A DNA stretch of 45,829 nucleotides from a virus. Every line of letters begins with the position of its first letter. Positions within the stretch are counted from its first letter, which is position 1. The position numbers were made by a program, and so were the translations under genes. The DNA is taken from the IMG/VR virus record IMGVR_UViG_3300045988_073964, positions 1 to 45,829 of that record. One strand, 5' to 3'. Shown here in pieces: positions 6,483 to 14,727 of this stretch. Below the pieces are notes generated by a model, which was not told where the DNA came from, made no database searches, and saw nothing but the letters and a program-made list of their open reading frames with translations.

Positions 6483-7318
6483 TGGCAACTATTAACGGTA
6501 TTCAAAAAAAGGAGAATAGTAGTGCGGTAAAAGCTCCGTCGGCTTTAAGTGTGGCAATCAACAGCGCAGCAGTGCAAAAACGCTTTGAAATGATGCTCGG
6601 CGAAAACGCAGGCAGCTTCCTTTCTAGCGTACTGACGGTATGCAACAACAGCAAATTGTTGCGCAAGGCAGATTATCGCACAGTCCTTGCAGCAGCGGCG
6701 ACGGCAGCAAGCCTTAAACTTTCGATAACTCCGGATTTAGGAGAAGCGTATATCGTTCCTTATGGCGGGCAGGCGTGCTATCAAACTGGCTACCGTGGTT
6801 TAATTCAACTGGCGCAGCGTAGCTGCCGCATGAAAAAAATCATCATGACACCTGTTCGCGAGGGGGAACTTCGTAATTGGTGCGTATTTGATGAATCATA
6901 TACCTTTGGCGAAAGAATCAGCAATAAGATTGTGGGTTATTTCGCTCGTATTGAAACAACGGAAGGCTTCGAAAAGTCTGCTTATTGGACTAAAGAAGAA
7001 GTCATCGAACACGCCAAGCGCTTTAGTAAAGCATATAAGAATGGCCCGTGGCAGACGGACTTCGACGCTATGGCCTGCAAAACGGTACTTATTCCCATTC
7101 TAAAAACCTATGCTCCGAAGTCTGTTGATTTAATAAAGGCGCTTGAGAATGAAAATAAAGTAGCTTCTATGGACGAGAATACTGGCGAAGCAGAATATAT
7201 CGACGTAGATGCAAATGACGCTCAGGAAGAAGCTCACGAGCTGTCAGAGGGTAGAAGCGTTGATGTTGAAACTGGCGAAATTTTCACGGCAGAAGAGATT
7301 GAAGCAAGCATGAAATAG
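6482..7318 (+). CDS. recT: RecT-family single-strand annealing protein
   Basis: LGEAYIVPYGG...GYRGLIQLAQRS...VGYFA pattern, paired with the YqaJ exonuclease. Confidence 0.88.
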   Translation: MATINGIQKKENSSAVKAPSALSVAINSAAVQKRFEMMLGENAGSFLSSVLTVCNNSKLLRKADYRTVLAAAATAASLKLSITPDLGEAYIVPYGGQACYQTGYRGLIQLAQRSCRMKKIIMTPVREGELRNWCVFDESYTFGERISNKIVGYFARIETTEGFEKSAYWTKEEVIEHAKRFSKAYKNGPWQTDFDAMACKTVLIPILKTYAPKSVDLIKALENENKVASMDENTGEAEYIDVDANDAQEEAHELSEGRSVDVETGEIFTAEEIEASMK

Positions 7319-7326
7319 GTGGTAGC

Positions 7327-8163
7327 ATGGCTGACGTTGGCTGGGTACGGCTTTCAACTAGAATGTTTGAAAACCGCAAAATAAAACATCTTCTCAGTCA
7401 GCCTAAAGGTGCGGATTTAACGTTGCTGTGGGTGCGCCTGCTGTGTTTGGCAGGCACCATTAACGACAACGGTAGAGTATACGTTACATCCAAAGTGACG
7501 TATACTCCCCAAACTTTAGCGGTTGATACTGGCGTTGCGCTGGCAGTGGTTAAGAAGGCGTGGGAATTATTTCAAGATTTAGAGATGATAGAGATTACCG
7601 AAGAAGGGTATATAGAGATTCTCGGCTGGGAGAAGCATCAAAATGTCACGGGACTAGAAAAGATTCGTGAACAAAATAGATTGAGAAAACAGAAGCAAAG
7701 ACAGTGTGACAAGTCACGCACTGTTGATGATGATATGTCACGTGACAGTCACGTGACAGAATGTGACAAGTCACGCACTGTCACGCAACAGAGAAGAGAA
7801 GAAAAGAAAAGAAAAGAAAATGAAGATGATTATCATCATCTTCATAACGACGACGACGCAAAATGTCACGCAAAATGTCACACGGAAATTTTTGCCTTGT
7901 GGGAAAAAAATATCATGCCACTTGTTCCGGTTGTCGCGGAAAAGCTGCAAGCTCTGCTGCAAGAGGTTGGTGAGGCAGCTGTTGAACATGGCATTATGGC
8001 AGCTGTCGAACACGGAGCCAGAAATTTCAGCTACGTGCAAACGGTGGCGAGAAATTACATGAGCGGCAAGAACAAGCCGCAAAAGCCGCAAGCAACGAAG
8101 AAGAATGACGTTGCAGCGGCGGCTGAGGCTGTCATAGCCGGACTTGATGAAATGGAGTGGTAG
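7327..8163 (+). CDS. Phage replisome organizer (N-terminal domain) with a DnaD-like C-terminal domain
   Basis: WVRLSTRMFENRKIKHLL...LLWVRLLCLAG at the N-terminus. C-terminal FALWEKNIMPL...RNFSYVQTVARNYMSG is DnaD/DnaB_2-like. Confidence 0.8.
   Translation: MADVGWVRLSTRMFENRKIKHLLSQPKGADLTLLWVRLLCLAGTINDNGRVYVTSKVTYTPQTLAVDTGVALAVVKKAWELFQDLEMIEITEEGYIEILGWEKHQNVTGLEKIREQNRLRKQKQRQCDKSRTVDDDMSRDSHVTECDKSRTVTQQRREEKKRKENEDDYHHLHNDDDAKCHAKCHTEIFALWEKNIMPLVPVVAEKLQALLQEVGEAAVEHGIMAAVEHGARNFSYVQTVARNYMSGKNKPQKPQATKKNDVAAAAEAVIAGLDEMEW
7705..7885. repeat. Iteron cluster / putative origin of replication inside the organizer gene
   Basis: 20-bp perfect direct repeat tgtgacaagtcacgcactgt (7705, 7762). 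Two gtcacgtgac palindromes (7738, 7748). Further GTCAC(G/A)C copies at 7781, 7865 and 7877. A purine/AT-rich tract lies at 7790..7850. Confidence 0.55.
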
Positions 8164-8165
8164 AC

Positions 8166-8729
8166 ATGGACAAGAAGCAGAACTGCATCGAGATAGCGAA
8201 GCACATGGCTGTGCTGTTCGGAGCTTATGGGCAGAGCGCTGACATTGACCGGCAGAAAATTTACGTCGCTGACTTGGCAGACTTTCCGGCAGAGCTTGTC
8301 GGAGCAGCGTGCAAGAAACTGCGCTATGAAGCGAAATTTTTGCCGACGATTAGCGAAATTGTGGACGCAACGAAAAGCCTTGTAGCTACGAGTACAGGCA
8401 AGCGTTTGCCGTCTTGGCTGGAAGCGCAGCAGGAAATCGAGAAGCAAATTTCGTGTGCTGGAATTTACAAAAAGCCGGAGTTTAGCTGCAAAGAAATCAG
8501 ACAGGCTGTACAGGCTTATGGCTGGCTCAACATCTGCATGAGCCGCACGTCAAATATGCCGACTGTGTGGGCACAGCTCAGAAAACTGTACGAAAACACT
8601 TGCAAGTATCAACGTAGTGAAGCAACTAACCGCTATGTGCTAAAGGATAAGCCGCAAGGCTATCTCGGATACTACGAAGCAAAGAACGACGGGCTGATGC
8701 TTATAGCAGGCTTTTTAGCAAAGGAGTGA
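8166..8729 (+). CDS. Replication protein, G39P-like helicase-loader candidate
   Basis: Its position after the organizer, and the pattern ...KIYVADLADFPAELVGAACKKLRYEAKFLPTISEI, resemble the loader/inhibitor of G40P. Assigned by eye only. Confidence 0.45.
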   Translation: MDKKQNCIEIAKHMAVLFGAYGQSADIDRQKIYVADLADFPAELVGAACKKLRYEAKFLPTISEIVDATKSLVATSTGKRLPSWLEAQQEIEKQISCAGIYKKPEFSCKEIRQAVQAYGWLNICMSRTSNMPTVWAQLRKLYENTCKYQRSEATNRYVLKDKPQGYLGYYEAKNDGLMLIAGFLAKE

Positions 8730-8735
8730 GGGCGG

Positions 8736-9218
8736 ATGGGCAAGAGAATTCTTGTTGCGGAGTTCCGCCTTGACAAATTCAAGGACCGGCCGGAAGAAGC
8801 GCCGCTGACCAAACGGCAAGAACAAGAGCGGTTCAAAAAGTATGGTCGTCTTACGGTGCTGCGCTTGCATCTGAAAAAGAAAGGACAAGCGCAGCAGGTA
8901 GATTGTCTTTGCGAATGTGGCCGCATCGTGACGAAGAATTGGTACGATGTGAAGCAGGGCAAAGAGCCGCGAAATTGCGGCAACCCGGAGTGCTTGTGGT
9001 CGAGGATAGATGCCGAGAAGAATATTGCTACGACTCCAGCTGTCATCTTGCAGCTTAAACCGAAATGGCGCTGCCGCAGACCTGACGCAGGCTGTGCCAG
9101 AAGCGAATTGTGCGGCATCTGCTGCTGTGAATGTGACAAGAAGAGTCGTTGCGAAATGGCTTGCAGGAATAATCCTGCTATGTGCGGCGGTAGTGAACGA
9201 AGGGAGAGAAGGTTTTGA
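8736..9218 (+). CDS. Cys-rich hypothetical protein
   Basis: YGRLTVL...CLCECGR...CGNPEC, then CGICCCECDKKSRCEMACRNNPAMCGG. This points to putative metal-binding modules. Confidence 0.55.
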   Translation: MGKRILVAEFRLDKFKDRPEEAPLTKRQEQERFKKYGRLTVLRLHLKKKGQAQQVDCLCECGRIVTKNWYDVKQGKEPRNCGNPECLWSRIDAEKNIATTPAVILQLKPKWRCRRPDAGCARSELCGICCCECDKKSRCEMACRNNPAMCGGSERRERRF

Positions 9219-9796
9219 AATTCGTAGATTTTTTTGCAGGAATCGGCGGCATTCGCTTAGGCTTAGAGCAAGCCGGGCATGAATGCGTCGGCTTTTGCGA
9301 GTGGGATAAATACGCACGAACGGCGTACAAAGCAATGTATAACACGGAAGGAGAGTGGGAAAACCACGATGTACGAACAGTTGGAGCTTGTGACGTACCC
9401 GACGCAGACCTCTGGTGTTTCGGCTTCCCATGCCAGGACATCAGCGTTGCAGGAAAACAAAAAGGCCTGCAAGAAGGTGAGCGAAGCGGATTGTTTTACG
9501 AAATTATGCGACTGCTTGCCGGCCGTAGGCAAGAAGATAGACCCCGATGGCTACTCGTTGAAAATGTTAAAAATCTACTTAGCATTGGAAACGGATTTGA
9601 CTTCGCGCGGCTGCTGCTTGAAGTGGGGGGTACGGGTACTCTCTCCAATGGCAAGTGCTTAACTCAAAAGATTTCGGCGTTCCCCAAAACAGGGAGCGCG
9701 TGTTCATTGTCGGCTATCTTGGAGACATCCGTGGACGAGAAGTATTTCCTCTCCGACGAACAGACGGCGAGAATCCTTGCGAACTCAAGGAGATAA
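9215..9796 (+). CDS. dcm: DNA (cytosine-5)-methyltransferase, N-terminal part (motifs I-VI), out of frame after 9630
   Basis: FFAGIGG (I), GFPCQDIS (IV), ENVKNL (VI). TTG start with an SD. The frame is lost at the G6 run 9625..9630. Confidence 0.85.
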   Translation: MKFVDFFAGIGGIRLGLEQAGHECVGFCEWDKYARTAYKAMYNTEGEWENHDVRTVGACDVPDADLWCFGFPCQDISVAGKQKGLQEGERSGLFYEIMRLLAGRRQEDRPRWLLVENVKNLLSIGNGFDFARLLLEVGGTGTLSNGKCLTQKISAFPKTGSACSLSAILETSVDEKYFLSDEQTARILANSRR

Positions 9797-10458
9797 CACA
9801 GGGTTTAAGCATGGCATATCGTGTGTATAATCCGGACGGAATAAGTAAAACGCTTGCTGCCGTTGGCGGTGGTGCTGGTGCTGGTGCTGGTGCTAAAACA
9901 GGCTTGTATGCTGTGCGATTTCGCTATGCTGAACGTGGCGAGAAAAGCAGAGAAAAGGGACGTATGGAGCCGGTGGATTGCGCCAGCGCCTTAACGTCAA
10001 AGCATTGTGGCGACCAAACGGCAGACTGTATTAATGGTGTATTAGTAGCTCCAGTTCTCACACCAGACCGTGCAGAGATGCGGCAGAACGGCAGACGCAT
10101 AAAAGAACCGGGAGAACCTAGCTTTACTTTGACAGCGCAGGATAGACACGGCGTAGCAATATACCAGCGTCCGCGCGGATACAACAAAGGCGGTATGCAC
10201 GATGTAGCTCCTGCGTTATCGATAAGCGCTTGGCAGGAAAACAATTTGTTGGCTGACAACATCCGTATCCGTCGCTTGACTCCGCGAGAGTGCTGGCGTT
10301 TACAAGGCTTCCCGGACGAATACTTTGACAAGGCAAGAGCAGCAGGCATAAGCGATACCCAATTGTATAAACAAGCTGGCAACGGCGTAACAGTGAGCGT
10401 GGCACGCGCTATCGGTGAAAGGCTGAAGGAGGTTGAAAAATGGAAATTAAAAGAGTGA
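9655..10458 (+). CDS. dcm: DNA (cytosine-5)-methyltransferase, C-terminal part (motifs VIII-X plus TRD)
   Basis: QNRERVFIVG (VIII), RRLTPRECWRLQGFPD (IX), YKQAGNGVTV (X). This frame is open back to 9622 and there encodes GYGYSLQWQVLNSKDFGVP. Confidence 0.85.
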   Translation: MLNSKDFGVPQNRERVFIVGYLGDIRGREVFPLRRTDGENPCELKEITQGLSMAYRVYNPDGISKTLAAVGGGAGAGAGAKTGLYAVRFRYAERGEKSREKGRMEPVDCASALTSKHCGDQTADCINGVLVAPVLTPDRAEMRQNGRRIKEPGEPSFTLTAQDRHGVAIYQRPRGYNKGGMHDVAPALSISAWQENNLLADNIRIRRLTPRECWRLQGFPDEYFDKARAAGISDTQLYKQAGNGVTVSVARAIGERLKEVEKWKLKE

Positions 10459-10640
10459 AATTGAAAGACTTGCTCTATAAAGAAAAAATCTTGCTTAGGC
10501 AGATAAGTGGCGTGACGGAATGGACACCGGAAACGGCACGAATTGCAACTGCACTTACTAAATTGCATGAACATCTTGACGGTGGCGTGTATGGAATTCC
10601 AGAGGATGAGTGGAAAGAATTAGAACGATTAACATACTAA
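10440..10640 (+). CDS. Hypothetical protein
   Basis: 66-aa ORF in the operon with an SD 'gaaggagg' upstream. Confidence 0.5.
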   Translation: MEIKRVKLKDLLYKEKILLRQISGVTEWTPETARIATALTKLHEHLDGGVYGIPEDEWKELERLTY

Positions 10641-10654
10641 GGAGGTTGAGGAAA

Positions 10655-10804
10655 ATGAATAGACAACGTGAAGAGGAACAACAGTATTTAGCCACGGCTG
10701 TTAATTTTAACTTAAATATGTGGCGTGATAGCGGTGAAGTTGATTACTTACACAAGGCAATTGCTAACATCAGAGCTGCGATTGAGAAGGAGGAGGGCAA
10801 ATGA
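10655..10804 (+). CDS. Hypothetical protein (49 aa)
   Basis: AAGGAGG SD 9 nt before ATG 10655. Confidence 0.5.
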   Translation: MNRQREEEQQYLATAVNFNLNMWRDSGEVDYLHKAIANIRAAIEKEEGK

Positions 10805-11145
10805 CGTTGAAGCGTAAAAAGTGGTGGGATAGCCTGCCAGCAACGCAAAAATATTTGCGTAGAGAAATTTCGAGTTTGAAGTACAAAAGAAGCGAAGAAA
10901 AACTTCGTGCGAGTAGAACGTGGAGCGTTACGATTAGAAAAGTAGCTATTATGCGTATCAATAATTACACAGCTCACATCCGTGCTTTAAAGCATGAGCT
11001 TGACCGTAAAACAAAGATGGTATACACGGGAAGCTATGAAGGAGTATCGCCTATTTATCGGTGTAAAAAGTGCGGCAGTGCAATTAAAGATATTGGGTGG
11101 TACTGCCCTTGGTGTGGTCGCAAGACGAGGGAGAGAAAAGAATGA
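10801..11145 (+). CDS. Hypothetical protein with a C-terminal zinc ribbon
   Basis: YRCKKCGSAIKDIGWYCPWCGRK. ATGA-type overlaps with both neighbours. Confidence 0.6.
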   Translation: MTLKRKKWWDSLPATQKYLRREISSLKYKRSEEKLRASRTWSVTIRKVAIMRINNYTAHIRALKHELDRKTKMVYTGSYEGVSPIYRCKKCGSAIKDIGWYCPWCGRKTRERKE

Positions 11146-11615
11146 ATAAATATCAAAACTATATTTTGACTGCTTTGGATGACCGCGAACTGCTGGAACA
11201 GCTTGCAGAAGAGGGTGCCGAAATGCAGCAGGCGGCCTTGAAGCTCATCCGCGCGGCCGGAATGAGCAACAATCCTACGCCGGTTAGCTTGCAGGAAGCG
11301 AAAGCCAACCTGCAAGAAGAAATCAGTGACGTGCTGGCGGTTATCAAGTTGTTGAAAGCGATGGGCACGATTGCTGATGCTGATTATGAGGATGACGAAA
11401 ATCCTAAGTGGCGCCGCTGGGCGGAGAGACTAGGCTATAAGGACGTTGAGCGCGACGAAAAAAGCGAACTGGCGAAAGCTGTTGATACTATAAAAGCTAA
11501 TTGCTTAAAGCGTCGGTCTTGCGAAGGTTGTCGTTTTTTCGGTTCTGACAAAGTTGGTTGTGAATTAATAAGAAACGCACCTTTTGCGTGGAAGGAGATT
11601 AAAGATGAAGCGTAA
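11142..11615 (+). CDS. MazG-like nucleotide pyrophosphohydrolase domain protein with a Cys-rich C-terminus
   Basis: LAEEGAEMQQAALKLIR...LQEEISDVLAVIKLL (EExxE...ExxD pattern). C-terminal CLKRRSCEGCRFFGSDKVGC. Confidence 0.5.
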   Translation: MNKYQNYILTALDDRELLEQLAEEGAEMQQAALKLIRAAGMSNNPTPVSLQEAKANLQEEISDVLAVIKLLKAMGTIADADYEDDENPKWRRWAERLGYKDVERDEKSELAKAVDTIKANCLKRRSCEGCRFFGSDKVGCELIRNAPFAWKEIKDEA

Positions 11616-11823
11616 GCAGCGAGAACGGCATGAACTGAAAATGTATCTCAAGACTCTGCGGTACGGCGCGAGATATGATGTTATAACCACGCCAGCCGTC
11701 CGCGAGCTGATTATCAATAAAAAGAAAAGACGTGGGCAGCAGATACTGCGATATTACAAGCGCTGCAAGGATAATGCTTACGCGTGGCTCAAGAAAGAAA
11801 TGGATAAAGGAAGAGGGAATTAA
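11605..11823 (+). CDS. Small basic hypothetical protein
   Basis: GGAAGGAG SD before ATG 11605. Confidence 0.5.
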   Translation: MKRKQRERHELKMYLKTLRYGARYDVITTPAVRELIINKKKRRGQQILRYYKRCKDNAYAWLKKEMDKGRGN

Positions 11824-11826
11824 TAG

Positions 11827-12228
11827 ATGAGTGTAACATTAAGTGATAAACGTAGAACCGTCGAATATGAATTTGGTTATGGTGCATTGCACCGCTATCG
11901 GTTGGCAGTTGCAGAAGCATACGGCGTTAAAGAAGCACTTATAGCTGCTATTATGCCACCTTTCTCAGATATAGATGAAGTATTTATAAAGAAAGTTGAA
12001 GAAAAAGTACCAGATGAAGTAGCTGATTTTCTCTTCGCTTGCGATTGTGGTGCTGAGTTTAATCAAAAACAATCTAGCGTAATTTATCATGCGTTGAAAG
12101 ATATTACATTGCCAAAGAATTATAATCCTGTAATTACTGCATATGGCAAGACATACGACCTGCATAAAGCATTTATAGAAGTTTTTGGCTTAGGCAGGTA
12201 CAAAAACAATGGTGTCCTGTGGGCATAG
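11827..12228 (+). CDS. Hypothetical protein
   Basis: 133-aa ORF in the operon. Confidence 0.6.
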   Translation: MSVTLSDKRRTVEYEFGYGALHRYRLAVAEAYGVKEALIAAIMPPFSDIDEVFIKKVEEKVPDEVADFLFACDCGAEFNQKQSSVIYHALKDITLPKNYNPVITAYGKTYDLHKAFIEVFGLGRYKNNGVLWA

Positions 12229-12242
12229 GAAGGAGAAATGCA

Positions 12243-12620
12243 ATGTTAATAAAGGTTGGCAATAAATGGGTAGCAGCAAGCGCTGTTACAGGCTTGGACT
12301 GGGTTTGCAACACTGTTCGCGACAAGAAGAGTTATGTTCTCTACATTTACAACGATGGAAGAGGTTGTTTTTGCGGCAGATACGACACAAAAGAAGGCGT
12401 TATTAAAGCTATGGATGAGGCTGCCGAAAAAATCAACGCGGCGCAAGGATGTAAGATTGCAGCAGAGGGAAAAGTTGTGATGAAATATGAGGAACATGGC
12501 GATGAACCTAACATTATTGGCGTGTACCGTTGCTCTCGCTGTAAAACAGTGATACGGGAGGAACACTCTTGGTATAAGTTTTGCCCCTGTTGCGGCAGAG
12601 AAATTGAAAGGTGGGAGTAA
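12243..12620 (+). CDS. Hypothetical protein with a C-terminal zinc ribbon
   Basis: AGGAAGGAG SD. YRCSRCKTVIREEHSWYKFCPCCGRE resembles the C-terminus of 10801..11145. Confidence 0.6.
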   Translation: MLIKVGNKWVAASAVTGLDWVCNTVRDKKSYVLYIYNDGRGCFCGRYDTKEGVIKAMDEAAEKINAAQGCKIAAEGKVVMKYEEHGDEPNIIGVYRCSRCKTVIREEHSWYKFCPCCGREIERWE

Positions 12621-12623
12621 ATT

Positions 12624-12815
12624 GTGACACCGAAAGAATTATATAAGCTGGCTAAGGCGGCTGGCGCAGAAGATTATAAACTCAAAGTATGTCATCATTA
12701 CGAAGACGGAGTTTGTTATCCGATGGGGTTTGACTATATTTCGCATGGCGCAAAAGTTGTAGTGCTAACTGATAATGAATGGCGCATTGAAAGGAGTGAT
12801 AACTATGACAATTAA
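12624..12815 (+). CDS. Small hypothetical protein (paralog of the next gene)
   Basis: TPKELYKLAKAAGAEDYKLKV compared with TIKELYEWAKERNAEEMTLHV in 12805..12966. GTG start. Confidence 0.5.
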   Translation: MTPKELYKLAKAAGAEDYKLKVCHHYEDGVCYPMGFDYISHGAKVVVLTDNEWRIERSDNYDN

Positions 12816-12966
12816 AGAACTTTACGAATGGGCGAAAGAACGAAACGCAGAAGAAATGACGCTACACGTATATACATGGGGTGAGGGTTGTAGTGCTTTG
12901 GTGGTTGAAGGTGAATTAGCAATCGTTGATGTAGACGGTACTAAACGTGTAGTTATTCAGAAATAA
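12805..12966 (+). CDS. Small hypothetical protein (paralog of the previous gene)
   Basis: AAAGGAG SD before ATG 12805. Confidence 0.5.
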   Translation: MTIKELYEWAKERNAEEMTLHVYTWGEGCSALVVEGELAIVDVDGTKRVVIQK

Positions 12967-12985
12967 AGGAGTGGAGGTAAAGAAA

Positions 12986-13396
12986 ATGGCTAAAAATTTA
13001 ATTCCTGAGATTGCCCGTATGCTCGGCGTGGAGTTGGGCGAAGTTTTTAAGTTAAAGGGCTATGAACACGATGAATATCGTATTTCGGAAAAGTATGGGC
13101 TTGCACGCAGACATAGAACTTTTCGGGAAGAATGGCAAATTGCGGAAACGGTGTTTAGAAATTTAATTTATGGGCGCGCCGAAATTGTCAAACTACCGTG
13201 GAAACCCACAATGTACGAGGAATACTGGACGTTTGGCAAATTGGGGAAAAAATGGATTGTGGGAACTCTCTCGTGGAAAGAACTCCCATATGAAATTCTT
13301 TTATTTGACAAGGGCTGGGTATATCGCACTCGTGCAGAAGCCGCAGCGGCATTACCTGCGGTGGCTGCGGAGTTGGGAGTAGAATATGAAATCTAA
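12986..13396 (+). CDS. Hypothetical protein
   Basis: SD 'ggaggtaaag' before ATG 12986. 136 aa. Confidence 0.6.
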   Translation: MAKNLIPEIARMLGVELGEVFKLKGYEHDEYRISEKYGLARRHRTFREEWQIAETVFRNLIYGRAEIVKLPWKPTMYEEYWTFGKLGKKWIVGTLSWKELPYEILLFDKGWVYRTRAEAAAALPAVAAELGVEYEI

Positions 13397-13727
13397 AGCA
13401 TATGTTTTCTCCAACGCCGCAGATTACGACGTTGACGACTTATCAGAAGAAGTAACATTTGCCGAGACGCCTGGCAAGGCGAAGCAAAATTTCAGCATGG
13501 AGAATGGCGTCCATTACAAGGATATTCGTGTTCAGCGTATGCCGTGGGCAGACAAATACGGGAGCGTTGATAAAATTCCTGTTAAGGAATGGTTTGACCA
13601 CGGCTGGCATTTCACTTGTAATATTTGTGGTGCAATGATAGAAGATGTGACAAATTTTTACATCAACGATGATGGATTCTGCTGCAAGAAGTGTTTTGAC
13701 GAATGGGCGGAAGAAAATGACAGTTGA
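13386..13727 (+). CDS. Hypothetical protein with a C-terminal Cys cluster
   Basis: CNICGAMIEDVTNFYINDDGFCCKKCFDEW. Confidence 0.6.
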   Translation: MKSKAYVFSNAADYDVDDLSEEVTFAETPGKAKQNFSMENGVHYKDIRVQRMPWADKYGSVDKIPVKEWFDHGWHFTCNICGAMIEDVTNFYINDDGFCCKKCFDEWAEENDS

Positions 13728-13881
13728 AGAACGCAAAATATTAGCCGTCTGCGACTTCTGCGGTGACACTGTGCCGCTTGAAGAAGTCTATATAGACCGC
13801 AAGGGTGTGACGTTCTGCCGTTCCTGCTACAAGGGAACGTTCGAGGACCTAGAACGAGAGGAGGACAACGAAGATGATTGA
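13717..13881 (+). CDS. Small zinc-ribbon protein
   Basis: CDFCGD...FCRSCY. ATGA overlap with the upstream gene. Confidence 0.5.
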   Translation: MTVEERKILAVCDFCGDTVPLEEVYIDRKGVTFCRSCYKGTFEDLEREEDNEDD

Positions 13882-14293
13882 GTTTACTGTGGCTGGCGAA
13901 CCGGTGGCGCAGGGCAGACCGCGCTTTTCTACTCGCGGCAGTTTTGTGAAAGCATATGACCCTGCTAAAAGCAAAGACTACAAGGCATATGTTAAGCTGG
14001 TAGCGGCGGCGGCTATGAATGAGCGTTCGCTTAAACCGCTTGGCGGTGCTATTTCGGTTAGCATTAAAGCTTTTGTCGGCGTTCCCAAAAGCAAAAGCAA
14101 AAGATTCCGTGAAGCAGCTTTAAGTTGGGAGATTCGCCCGACTAAAAAGCCAGACTGCGACAATATAGCAAAGATTTTGCTTGACGCTATGACGGGCATT
14201 GTCTACGAAGATGACAAACAAATAGTTAAACTGTCGGTTGAAAAATATTATGATGATGTTCCGAGAGTGGAGGTGGAAATAATCAATGAATAA
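13874..14293 (+). CDS. rusA: RusA-family Holliday-junction resolvase
   Basis: GEPVAQGRPRFS...KPDCDNIAKILLDAMTGIVYEDDKQIV. Confidence 0.88.
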   Translation: MIEFTVAGEPVAQGRPRFSTRGSFVKAYDPAKSKDYKAYVKLVAAAAMNERSLKPLGGAISVSIKAFVGVPKSKSKRFREAALSWEIRPTKKPDCDNIAKILLDAMTGIVYEDDKQIVKLSVEKYYDDVPRVEVEIINE

Positions 14294-14714
14294 GGTACTA
14301 ATCACCGGCTATATTTCTAAGAATTTGAAGGTCGAAACAACTTCTACCGGTCGCGAACGTATCCAATTTGATATAGCAACGCGGCGAGATTTTAAGAGCA
14401 GCGACGGAAAATATAAGTACGATTTTCCACACGTGCAGAGCTGGAACCCAGGTATCAATAAATTTATCAAGGCGTTTTGCGACGAGGGCGCACACGTCGA
14501 GATAGAAGGCCGCTGGCAGACCGACACGTATATGGGCAAGGACAACAAGAAAAAGAAGATTGACTATATAAACCTAGAATCTTTGCGCTGCTTAGATAGA
14601 AAAGGCCCCGTGAGAAGTGGTAAAACATCTCCGGCAGGCGCAGATTTCGCTTCCATGGGACAATCAGTGGACGGTGAAGGCGATTACTCGGACGTAGAAA
14701 ATCTCGACTGGTAG
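14286..14714 (+). CDS. ssb: Single-stranded DNA-binding protein (OB fold)
   Basis: MNKVLITGYISKNLKVE...VEIEGRWQTDTY plus an acidic C-terminal tail DYSDVENLDW. Confidence 0.65.
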   Translation: MNKVLITGYISKNLKVETTSTGRERIQFDIATRRDFKSSDGKYKYDFPHVQSWNPGINKFIKAFCDEGAHVEIEGRWQTDTYMGKDNKKKKIDYINLESLRCLDRKGPVRSGKTSPAGADFASMGQSVDGEGDYSDVENLDW

Positions 14715-14727
14715 AGGACGTGAGAAC

